From an uncultured Phycisphaerales bacterium (GTDB lineage Bacteria > Planctomycetota > Phycisphaerae > Tepidisphaerales > Tepidisphaeraceae): a DNA stretch of 64,000 nucleotides. Location of the stretch: positions 3,456,001 to 3,520,000 of the forward strand of contig CAVWLP010000002.1 of NCBI GenBank assembly GCA_963755915.1, written 5' to 3'. Made by a program: the position numbers and the translations under genes. The first letter of the stretch is position 1; each line of letters opens with the position of its first letter. The notes below the pieces were generated by a model. The model searched no databases. It had not been told where the DNA came from and was given only the letters and a program-made list of their open reading frames with translations. Below are positions 11,532 to 21,700 of the stretch, one piece after another.

Positions 11532-14170
11532 CTCGGCTCCCAAAGCCAAACGAGCTTGGTCTCACCCTCAGGACTGTAAATCCTTACTGCATCGCTAATA
11601 ATAAACTTTGGTCGCGATTGAACGCAAATGGAAGGACAATATGCGACAGCCAAGCGGCAAAGCGGCTTGTGGGAGGCGTTTATGTTAAACCGCCGTCCGC
11701 CCCTCGTATTGCCCATATTCCAACCAGTGCTGGAATCCGTCAGGGAATTCCCCATCCATGACGGCGGCTGCCACATCGGGATTGTCCGCAAGATAGGTCT
11801 GCTCGTTGTAGAGGTCCGAGGCAATTCGGCCCTCATACTGGCCGTACAGAATGTACTGCTCATACGCGGATGTGAACGGCTGCCCCGTTATGTAGGGAAC
11901 GATGTCCTGATTGTCCGCGATGTACAGCGAGTTGTCGTAGTACAGAATCGGGCTGCGGCCGTCATATTGCCCGAACAGCACGAAGTGTTCGAAGCCCGAG
12001 GTCACAGACCCTGCGCTGATCGCGGCCCCCACATCCGGGTTGTTGTCGAGGTAATAAGTATTGTCGTAATACAAAAGCCCGCCGCGCCCCTCGTACTGGC
12101 CGTATAAATAATATTGCATGAATCCCGAGCTGACTTTTCCGGCCCGCACCGCGGCCGCCACATCGGGGTTCTGCTTCAAATACCAGGATTCATCCCAATA
12201 CGGATTCGGGTTGTACCCTTCGTACTGGCCGTACTCGACATAATGATCGTACCCCGTTGCGAACTGCCCATCGGCCACCGCGGCGGCGACGTTTGGATAT
12301 TCCGTTAGATAATAATGCTCGTCGAAAAGCGGGTTCTGGCTCGTGACGGTCGTCGTTTCGATCAGCGTTTTTACGTTGCCTGGGGTAATGGAATAAATTG
12401 AGACGGAATGCGTGCCGAGGCTCAGTTCCGGCACCGCGTAGTCGAAGCCGTGATTTCCGATCGCTTCGCCGAGATCGGGAGTGGAGAGATTGGCGGTGAT
12501 CGTCTGCGGCGCTGGGCCACCGGCGATGACCACTTCAATCGTATTGTCTGAGCCGAGGGCGTTGCGATCGTATGAATAGCCCTTAACGTCCGCGTCACTG
12601 ACGGAAGTGACCACCGACGTTTTCAATTCGCCATAGACCGTGAGTTCGTCCTGCGTTCCCACGAAAACCTGGCCGTTAGCGACGGTGGGAACCGAGAATG
12701 GCACGGTGGAATCGAGCGCATCCACGCCTCCCGCTTCCTGGTCGCTGTTCCATAATTCATCGGCGAGATCTGTCGCGTCGAAAGCGCGAAGCGTATTGGT
12801 GTTGCGGTCGATGAGCCAAAGCACGGGGTCCTGGCCGTTGTTGGAGGTGACAAACGGCGACCCGGTTTCGCTGCCGAAGTTTGATTCGGGCGTGGTGGAG
12901 GAGGCGGTCATTGCCCCTTCAATGCTGATAGTGAATGCGTTGGCGGGTCCGCCGCTGCCCGTGATCCAAAGCAGCTTCCCGTCGTAATAAACCGGCGTGC
13001 TGGTCGATCCGCCCGAACCCAGGATATTGGGCGGCGTGTCATTCCCTTGGCCGTTGGCAACGGAATTGAGCACGTTGTCGTTGTTCGGATCGAACTTTCC
13101 GAGGCTGCCGGGATTTACCAGATAAACTTTGCCCCCGTCGCCGGCGACAGCGAGCGCCTCATCGGTTGGGTATGAGTCGATGAACGGAATGAGCGCCACT
13201 CCCCCGTCGCCGATACTGCTTTCGGATTGATCCAGCGCCGTCCGGTTGTACGGCGTGAAAAAGTTGTAGACGCTGAAGCCCCAGCCATTGAGTCCCTGGC
13301 TCTTGGCGCTGGTCGAGCCGTCGAGAACGAGTTCCACGACGGAGTTGTCATAATTTCCGTCGAGCGGGAAACCGGTGGGGCCATAGTCGCCGGTGGCGCC
13401 GGTGCCATAGTTGGTTGAGAGGAAGAATGTCGAGGCATTCAAAAACGCCGGCTGCCCTCCCCCAAGGGAGATGCCACCGCTGCCGCCGTTTGGCGTGACG
13501 TTGAAAACGCCCTGGAGCGCAAAGCCGCTGGTGCTGAGGCTGTAGGTATTCCACGCGACCAGCCAGCCGTGGTAGGGGGAGACGTTGGCGTTGGAAGTCC
13601 AGGTGGCATAGATGACGCCGTTCTGGAGCGTGAGGGCGCCCTGATTCAGCTCGCGCAGCGCGTTGAATTGCACGACCTGGCGTCCGGTGCCGTTGTACGG
13701 ATCGGTGACGCTGCCGTCGCCGGTGCCGTAGACGTAGATGTTGGTGTTGATCGCGCCGCTGGCCGGCGTGTCGGAGATGAGATAGGGCGTGGCGACATCC
13801 AGGCCGGTGCTGAGACTGATCGCGTGCAGTCGCTGCACCCAGTTGGCGATGCCATTGATCGTCTCCTTGGTTTCGACGATCACGTAGAGAGCGTTGTGGG
13901 TCGTGTCGATCACGGGCGTGCCGGTGATGCCGATCTCCGGCGAGATCAGCGTGCCGCCGGTGTCGGACGCGGGAACCGTGGTGATCGCAGTTGCGCCAAG
14001 CGTGTTGTTTACGTCGGTGCCCGACTTCGTGCCGGTCCCGAGGCCAGTTGTCACGGGGTGCGCCAAAACCAGCCAGGGCGGGGCGCTTCAAAACCGGCCA
14101 ATGTGCTGACGTATTCTATACCGCATCCGTTCTATCCGACGCAACTGTTCCTTGAGTTATTGGTCCCCGT

Positions 14171-15061
14171 TCACGCCGTCTGGCCGGCGGATACCCCCAC
14201 ATCAGAAGACAACGGCGGCTCTGTCACGGTGTCTTCCGGGGGGGAGCACCCTTCATCGCCGGCGGTACTCCGCCGTCCTTTTGGATTTGTCTTTTCCGGT
14301 GTCCCGGATTGGCCTGCCGTGAGCGAAGTCGAATGGCCCCCATGCCGAAGGCGGTAGCTCTTGCCGGTGATGTTGATGATCGTGGCGTGCTGCAGGAACC
14401 GATCCAGAATGGCCGTGGCCGCCGGCACGTCGCCGATCAGCTTGGCCCAGTCCTCCAGTGGACGGTTGCTGGTCATCATCGTCGAGCGGTTCTCGTGCCG
14501 GCGCATGACGATCTCCAGCAGGCATTCGCCGCTGCGCCGCGGAAGCTGCTTCATTCCCATGTCGTCGATGATAAGCAGATCAGGCTTGAGATACCGGGCC
14601 AGCGTCTTGTCCTGGGCTCCCAGATCCTCGTCGCCTAAAAAGTCGCGGGCCAGGTCGAAGATGGATCGGTACAGGACCACCAAGCCGCTCTTGATCGCCT
14701 GGTGTCCGATGGCCTGGGCCAAAAACGATTTGCCCACGCCGGGCGGACCCAGCAAGAGCACGTCACGTTTGTCACGAATGAACTGGCCGGCGGCCAGATC
14801 GTGAATCTGTTTGCGTTTGATGGAGGTGTTGAAGGAGAAGTCGAACTCGTCGAGGTTTTTGGTGTCGCGGAACATCGCCGCCTTGACGCGCCGGCCGATC
14901 TGCCGGCTGGATCGGACGTTCAGTTCATCCTGAAGGATCAGTTCCAAAAACTCACTGTGGTCGAGCCGATTGCCGGCCGCCTCGCTCAGGCGAACTTCAA
15001 GGCTGCTCGCCAGACCTGAAAGCCGAAGTTGCTTGAGCGTCTGCATCAACGAAGGTCTCAT
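14171..15061 (-). CDS. istB: IS21 helper ATPase IstB
   Basis: Walker A GPPGVGKS, LLIIDDMG, TSNRP, AILDR. Confidence 0.95.
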   Translation of the reverse strand: MRPSLMQTLKQLRLSGLASSLEVRLSEAAGNRLDHSEFLELILQDELNVRSSRQIGRRVKAAMFRDTKNLDEFDFSFNTSIKRKQIHDLAAGQFIRDKRDVLLLGPPGVGKSFLAQAIGHQAIKSGLVVLYRSIFDLARDFLGDEDLGAQDKTLARYLKPDLLIIDDMGMKQLPRRSGECLLEIVMRRHENRSTMMTSNRPLEDWAKLIGDVPAATAILDRFLQHATIINITGKSYRLRHGGHSTSLTAGQSGTPEKTNPKGRRSTAGDEGCSPPEDTVTEPPLSSDVGVSAGQTA

Positions 15062-16786
15062 GGGGTGGACTCCCTTCGGCTCTGCTCAGGGCAGGCCTGT
15101 AAAGGTTGTGCGGCAGGCAAAGCCTCCGCTTGGGTGATTGCGTCGCGTACGAACTGTCCGTAATCGGCCAGTCCGCGGATGATTGGATGTTCCTGAACAA
15201 ACTCGAAGTGTTGTTGAACCGGCGCGCCGTTTTGGTGTTCGATGAGCTGCCGCAGGGAGCGCAGGTGATACGCGCCATGCCCCAGAGCAATCTCGCAGGC
15301 TCGTTCCACGGCCGGTCGCGGCTGCTGATTGGCCAGCGACAGCAGCCCCATCAACACGCGCACGCCTTCGATGCCGCGATGCTGAAGCATTGACTGCGCC
15401 CACTGCGTGGCGTGCGGCCCGATGCATTCGATCCGCTGGAGAAGCCAGGTCGTTCCACGCTCGATGCCGCTGATCTTCTCCGGCAGGATATGGGCGTCTT
15501 GCGTCGAGAACCTGCCCGGCGGACGCTGCGCGTGCAGAGCGATCGCACGCATCTTCTGATCGAACAGCCGGACCGTGCGCCGTTCCACCGCGCCCAGACC
15601 CGCTGGCCCAAAAACTCCGGCGGGACCGAATAGTACGCCCCCTTGATCTCCACGTGCCCGTCGCGGTGAACACTGCGCAACGCCTCGGTGAAAAGATCGA
15701 ATCGCACCGGCGGCAGAGCCAACAGTGCCGGCTTCTCTACCTGCTCGAAGACTTCCTTCACCTGCCGCCGCGTCGTGCCGTGGATGCGCGTGTCGGCCAC
15801 GCTCTTCTCCCACGTCAGCAGATGCGCGTTCTGATCCGAGAGCGAGGCGAATTGCCGGCCTTTGAGAGCATTGCTCTTCACATAGCCGATGCCCCGCTCG
15901 ATCTTCCCCTTGTGCCGCGGCGTGTACGGCTTGGTGGGCAGAATGGCGATTCCATAATGTTCGGCGAACGACCGGACCTTGGGACACAACTCCGCCTCGA
16001 ACCAGTCCGCCCGCGTCACCGCCGCGCGAAGATTGTCGATCACCAGCGCGACGGCATCCCGCCGAAGTGCGTAAAGGCATTTTCCAGACAACGCAGAAAA
16101 TCATCGGTCGTCTGCCGCTCCACCGCCTCGGCGTACCCCTTGCGGCTGTGGCTCAGCACAATGCGGAAGACCCAGGTTGCTTTGCGTTTGCCGTCAGGAC
16201 CGACCAGGGCGCACCCCGGCCGAAGTCCACCTGCGCCTCGGCTCCCGGCTCGCATTCCATCCGGCGAAAGGGCGCCGGCGCGGCAGCCGAGAGCTTCTTG
16301 ATGAACCGGCGCACGCTGTAATAGCTGCCGGCATAGCCGTGATCGCTGGAGATGTCTTGATAAATCCGCTGGGCCGTCAGCCCGGCTTCCAACTTCTGAA
16401 CAATGACCTCACGCCAGGGCGATGCCGTACTGACCGACCCGATGGGCGCGCCGGATAACCCGGTGGGCGCGCTCTCCGAGCCGCCTGCGGCGAGCACCGT
16501 CGAGCCGCCTGCGGCGAGCACCGTCGAGCCGCCTGCGGCGAGCACCGTCGAGCCGCCTGCGGCGAGCACCGTCGAGCCGCCTGCGGCGAGCACCGTCGAG
16601 CCGAGGGGCGCGCTGGCCGGTTTTGAATCCGATCCGGGCGCCGCAGGATCGCCGCCCGACAACCGGATGTGGCGTCCAACGGTCTCCCGGTGAACGCCGA
16701 GTTGGCGGGCGATGTTCCGATTGGACCAGCCGCTGCGCAAGTGCCAAAATTGCTTGTACTTCCGCCATCTTGAGTTGATTGGCCAT
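15058..16786 (-). CDS. istA: IS21 transposase IstA (frameshifted in the assembly)
   Basis: N-terminal HTH (IARQLGVHRETV), EAQVDFG, VIDNL, KGKIER, VHRDGHVEIKGAYYSVP; ATGA overlap with istB. Confidence 0.9.
16477..16603. repeat. 24-bp tandem repeat, 5 copies + 7 bp, inside istA
   Basis: CGAGCCGCCTGCGGCGAGCACCGT x5, encoding (GSTVLAAG)n on the minus strand. Confidence 0.95.
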
Positions 16787-17313
16787 CCCACCATTGGCTT
16801 GCGGCAACCGCCGAAAGCCAAGGTCGATAACCCAATCTCCTGTGCCTCAAAATGGCCGGTTTTGGCGCGCCCTCAATTGGCCGGTTTTGCGCGCCCCATG
16901 ACAGCCAGTGAATGATCGTTGCCACAGGATCGCGCCCGAAGTCGTGTCGATCGCATAGATCGAGTCGTTGGCCGTCGCCACGAAGACAACGTTGTGCGTG
17001 CCAGTCGATCCGGCCGTGGTGTTTGCGCCGGCGATGATGCTCACGCCGGGATCAGTGAGCGGCTCGGCATAGACCGGGCCGTCGATGGAAACCGTGTATT
17101 GTTTGCCGAAGGTGTCGGTGCTGAGCGTCGTCGACGTCAGGATCGACTCCTGCTGGTTCACGCCGGCGTCTACGTTATTGTTCTGGTACTGAGTAACGCT
17201 GACCGAGAGCAGAACCCTGCTCTCGAGCACTTCAATGAGAGACTTGGCTCGTTTCATTTTGACCCCCGCCAATATATTACGTCGGCATCCGAGGGGGTCA
17301 ATTACAAAGGGCT

Positions 17314-18434
17314 TTAGTGCTTTCGTGCGGTTACGTTTTCGAAGAGGGGATTATTGAGTTTGAGCGCGCCCGCAGGCTTTTCCGTCGCGACTTTTTCCGC
17401 CGCGGGCGGTGGGGCGGGGGACGCGGGTGGTTGTTCGGCGGCGCTGTCGGCGGCTGTTTCCGCGGGGGCGACGTCGGGGCGGTAGAGGCGGCCGTTGAAG
17501 GCTTTTTGCCAATCGGTCCAATTGGCTTCGGTGAGGGAGGCGTCGCCACGCGTGAGAGCCAGCGCCATCATCAGTTTGGCGTCGAGGTTCTCAATGGTGT
17601 GGACGGCGATGGCTTCGGGAGTCGAGGGGATGCGGGCGGCGCCGAATTCGGGTTCGCCGTGATGGCTCAGGATGATGTGCTGAATCACGTCGATGAGGGG
17701 GCGAGGGAGCTTTTCGCCGAGGATTTTTCGGCGGCTTCGGCTTTGCGTTCGACCCAGATGGCGCCCATGACGATGTGGCCGACGAGCTGGCCGCCGTCGG
17801 TGTAGGCGAAGGCGCTTTCGTAGGAAAGCTCGGCGGTTTTGGCGAGGTCGTGAAGGAAGATGCCGGCGACGACGAGATCGCGATTGAGGGCGGGATAGAA
17901 TTTGCAGACGGCGTCGGCGACTTCCATGGCGTTGAGGGTGTGCTCGAGCAGGCCGCCGATGAAGGCGTGGTGGAAGTTCATGGCGGCGGGGGCACGGCGG
18001 AATCTGGCCATCAGTTCGGCGTCGTCGAGATAGGTTTGGATGAGTGCGGCGAGGGGGCGGTTTTTGATGGTGCCGCAGACCTCCAGGACGCGGGCATACA
18101 TCTGATCGACATCCTTGTCGGTATGAGGCATGAGGTCGGCGACGTCGAAGGTGTCGGGCTTGGCGGCCCACATCTGCTCGACGATGAGCTGGAGATTGTT
18201 CTGGTAGTTTTCGACGCGGCCGCGGACGCGAAGGAAGCCGCCGTCGGGGATAGCGGAGAACATGTCGCGGGTGGCGTTCCAGATGCGGACGTTGATTTGT
18301 GCGGTACGGTCGGAACAGAAGGCTTTGATGTAGTGCTTGCCGTTGGAGGTGGCGGCGAGCTGCTTGTTGGTGATGATGAAAACGTCTTCAATGATGTCGC
18401 CGGGCTGTGAGTCGCGGAGGAAAAGGCGTCGCAT
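17314..18434 (-). CDS. OB-fold/HD-domain 3'-5' exoribonuclease, YhaM/Cbf1 family (frameshift near 17720)
   Basis: APAAMNFHHAFIGGLLEHT, LHDLAK, GHI, ILSHHG. Confidence 0.9.
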
Positions 18435-18447
18435 TCGTTGGTTATAG

Positions 18448-18510
18448 AATGCCGAATGCCGAATGCCAAATGACGAATGGTGTGAAAGGTGTGAAGGTGT
18501 GAAGGGGGAA
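18448..18510. repeat. Short tandem repeats (GAATGCC)n and (GTGAAGGT)n
   Basis: Directly visible; the same GAATGCC heptamer recurs at 30514-30537. Confidence 0.75.
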
Positions 18511-18736
18511 TTGCAAATTGCCGATTGTGGAATGCGATAAGCTGAGCAGGGGTGAAGGTTTGATGGTGGGAAGTGAAGACGAGGTTTACATAATGTTACG
18601 TTTTTTTACATTTTTCGCGATTTTGTTAGTGAATGCTAAGCATAATTCCTATAAGTGATTGATTGATAAGTTGTTATGCGTTTATATTGGAGGCGTTAAT
18701 TTGGGTAATATGAAATTTTTGGGGCGGGGCGGGGGG

Positions 18737-21700
18737 TCAGTTGTTGGGGACGACGACGGTTTTTAGGTATCGGGTGGTGGGGTCGGCGTTGACGCCGGTG
18801 CGGTCGACGATGAAGGCGTAGCGACGGGTGATGACGGGGGAGGCATTGGCCGTGCCGACGTTCTGCCAGCCCTGGACTTCAATGTAGACGGTGAAGGTGT
18901 CGCTGCGCGTGGTGATGAGGTTGGAGATGCGATTAAGGACGGCGAAGTCGGTCTGGTAGTCTTCGCCGAGGCCGGTGGCCGTGACGTTGAAGGTTGGCGC
19001 GCCGGGCGGCGAGGCGGTGGCGGGCACATTGTTGGGCGATGAGGCTGTCGCGTTCGGAAATGCGGGATCGGGCGGGCAAAGCAGTCCGTCCAGGCTGGAG
19101 ACACCGCCGGTCCCGCCACCGGCGGTCAGGTTGATGTACCCTTCCGCGGTTTGGAATCCAGCGGGGCCGTGGGTGCCGGCGCTGGTCGTATGCAAATCAA
19201 CGACTTGGTTTAGACCAAAAATTGAGGTGAAAGGACCGTGGGCAATTCGCCACGCGACGATTGCTTTAGCGAGACTTTCGTTATCCTGGATATAGTTTGA
19301 GTCCTCAACTTTCGTCACCATGGGTAACATGTTTAGGACCTTCCAGGAAGCCGTGTTGATGTTGATCAGGCCCTGGGGACCGACAGTTCCTTGCGATGTT
19401 TCGTCGGTGGCGGTGGGATCAGCGCTGAAGGCGACCGTTGGTCCAGGGGTTGCGGCTACGGGCGGATTCGCCGTCGGGTTGCCCGTGGTCGCCGCTGGGT
19501 ATTTGTAGACATTCGGTGTCGTGCTGGGCGTTGGGCTGTAAGTTTGTATGACATCATTGGTGTTCGGATCGAAGTTTGGAAACACGGTGTCGCTGGAAGA
19601 TTGCACGGTAACGTAAGAAAAAAGGTTTTGTGCCCAAGCGTAGAAATCAGGGTTGCCGGAGGCGGATGGCGTCGCTCGGGCCAGCATCGGACAGAAACGG
19701 CCCACGTTTTCGAGGTTCTGATCTACCGCTGTGGTGGTGGAGTCTATCGTTGTGTAGCCACTCACCGTTGCATAGGCATCGGCGAAGGAAAGGTCCATCG
19801 GCAGGGAGTTCATCTCTACAAAGTTTACCGGCTCGAATGGAGCGGCGGTGTTTATCTGGGAGATCCGGTAAGCGCCGACGAAGGGGATATCGAGCATGTC
19901 GCCGTTGCGCGGGACGGTGCCGAAAGGCGCACTGTAAGGGGTGAGAGTCGAATTGGTGACAGCTACGGTCGGGTTGTCCTGTGCGCCAGTCGATTCCACG
20001 CCCACGGGGTAGATGGTCGGGTTGGGGAAGTGGCTCTGGATGTTTGTCGTAGCATTGATGCCCAGGTTATAAAACTGTGTCGGCGGGAAGTTATTTATGT
20101 ACGTCGAAAGTCCTGGCAGGGTGGGAGTTCCTGGCAGGACGTCCACGCCGAACTGAGGCGTGCCTTGGGGATTGGACCATAGGCCTCCTAGACCGCCGGA
20201 GGGTTCCGCTTCATGGAGCGTCCCTTCCTGCCGAGTGGGGGCTGGCGGAGTCAGAACCGTCGAGTAGCGGCCGGGGAAGAATTGACGGAACCAAGTCGCG
20301 GGCGCGGCGCCTTTTATCCGGATGTAACTATACGCGGTGTTCGAGTTTGGGCCGATGAGGTTCATTCCGGTGAAATCATACGAATCGACCGGAACGAGGT
20401 CATAAAGGTTAGGTTGGGTGGGGGTGCCCTCGTCGTAGACGTTTAGAGGTTCGTCAACTGCGGGGGTGGCGGGGTTGCCAGTGGACGAATAAACGCCGTC
20501 GATTCGGCGGGGACGAAGCAAAACCAGCTCTCCGCCGGTGGATGCGGAGGGTGAGGTTATACCCATTGCGTTCGCGAGGACCAATTGGAGTCCGGGGACG
20601 TAAACGTCGCAGGTGTTTGGCGGAGTCGCGGCTGATGGGGCGGTGACGGCTATCCCGTTATACATTCCGTAATAAATCCCTGAAGCGGGAAGTCCGGAGC
20701 TGGCCGGGCGGGAGGGAGCGTCACCGGCTTGTTGGGTGGCGGTCGGGCCTCCGTTGTAGTTTTCGAGAAGGGCGTATCCATGCGCCGGCACAATGATGGT
20801 CCCGGGGGCGACGCTGGTTGCGGTGCTGTAGTTGAAAGTTTCGGGGAACGTCGGGGGCTCGACGGGTATGGGACGAGGATCGTTAAGTGCCTGGAGTTCG
20901 GTATTCGCCGAGGTGCCTGGCGCGATGACCGATGACACGCCGGTGGTAGTAAAGACGAGGTTGGGATAAGTACCGCCCGAAGCGGCGCGGTTAACCAGCC
21001 CAAGCTGCCAGTTGCGCAGGATCATTGGAACCGAGTAGGTGTTGTAGAGTTCTACAGCCACGTATCCGTTGGTAGTTTCAGTGGTGTTCGTCTCTGCATA
21101 GACCTCGCTGATTACGGGCTCGGGGGCATTGCTGTAGACGGTGGCCATTACCGCAGTCGGTGCGGCTGCGCCGCCACCGTTGCTAATCAAGGCCGTGAGG
21201 TAGATGGTGCGGCTGACGATGTTCTGTGAGCTGTCGCGCAAGCCCATGGCGTTAACGGCGGCCAAAGCGGCGCACAGCAGCATCGTATTTTCGGGATCCA
21301 AGCGGGTGACGTTTGTGGTGTTGCCACTGACGTACGTTGGGTCGCGAAGCGGAGACCGGAACTGGTGCTGGAGCGGAAATTGGTTAGGGCCGCCGGTGGT
21401 GTCGGCACCATAGGGGTTGTAACTGAAGCTTGTTCCGAAGGGAGATTGATTGCTGGGGTTTCCGGCCATGACCGACCAGAAGGCGCGGTAGAGTTCCCTA
21501 AAGGTGGCGGTGTTGATGTTGGCCTTGGCGGGGGCTTTGGTCCAGGGCTGGAAGGCCCACTGTGTGTAATAGCTTCCCGGGCCGCCGCCGGCGTTCGGCG
21601 GAAGAAGCGACATTGATGGAGCATTCGCGGTGTTGCCAATGGTCTGTGAGACGTAGATGTAGGTGAAGCCATCGCTGCCAATGACGATGTCGTTGAATTG

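Larger units (their letters stand above)
14049..16903 (-). mobile_element. IS21 family insertion sequence (2855 bp)
   Basis: Ends TGTCACGGGGTGCGCCAAAACC / GGTTTTGCGCGCCCCATGACA; duplicated AAAACC(A/G)GCCA subterminal motifs; 6-bp direct repeat GCCAGT at 14043-14048 and 16904-16909; istA-istB pair. Confidence 0.95.
11685..17257 (-). pseudogene. Large secreted protein (LEPR-XLL-type N-terminus, PQQ-like propeller, C-terminal YLxxNPDVAAAV repeats) interrupted by IS21
   Basis: N-part IEVLESRVLLS...WQRSFTG (17257-16904) and C-part TGLGTGTKSG (from 14048) rejoin in frame once the IS and one GCCAGT copy are removed. Confidence 0.85.

Noticed and set aside
16477-16603. 24-bp repeats as a CRISPR array
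   Set aside because: Contiguous tandem copies with no spacers, in frame within istA, and no cas genes.
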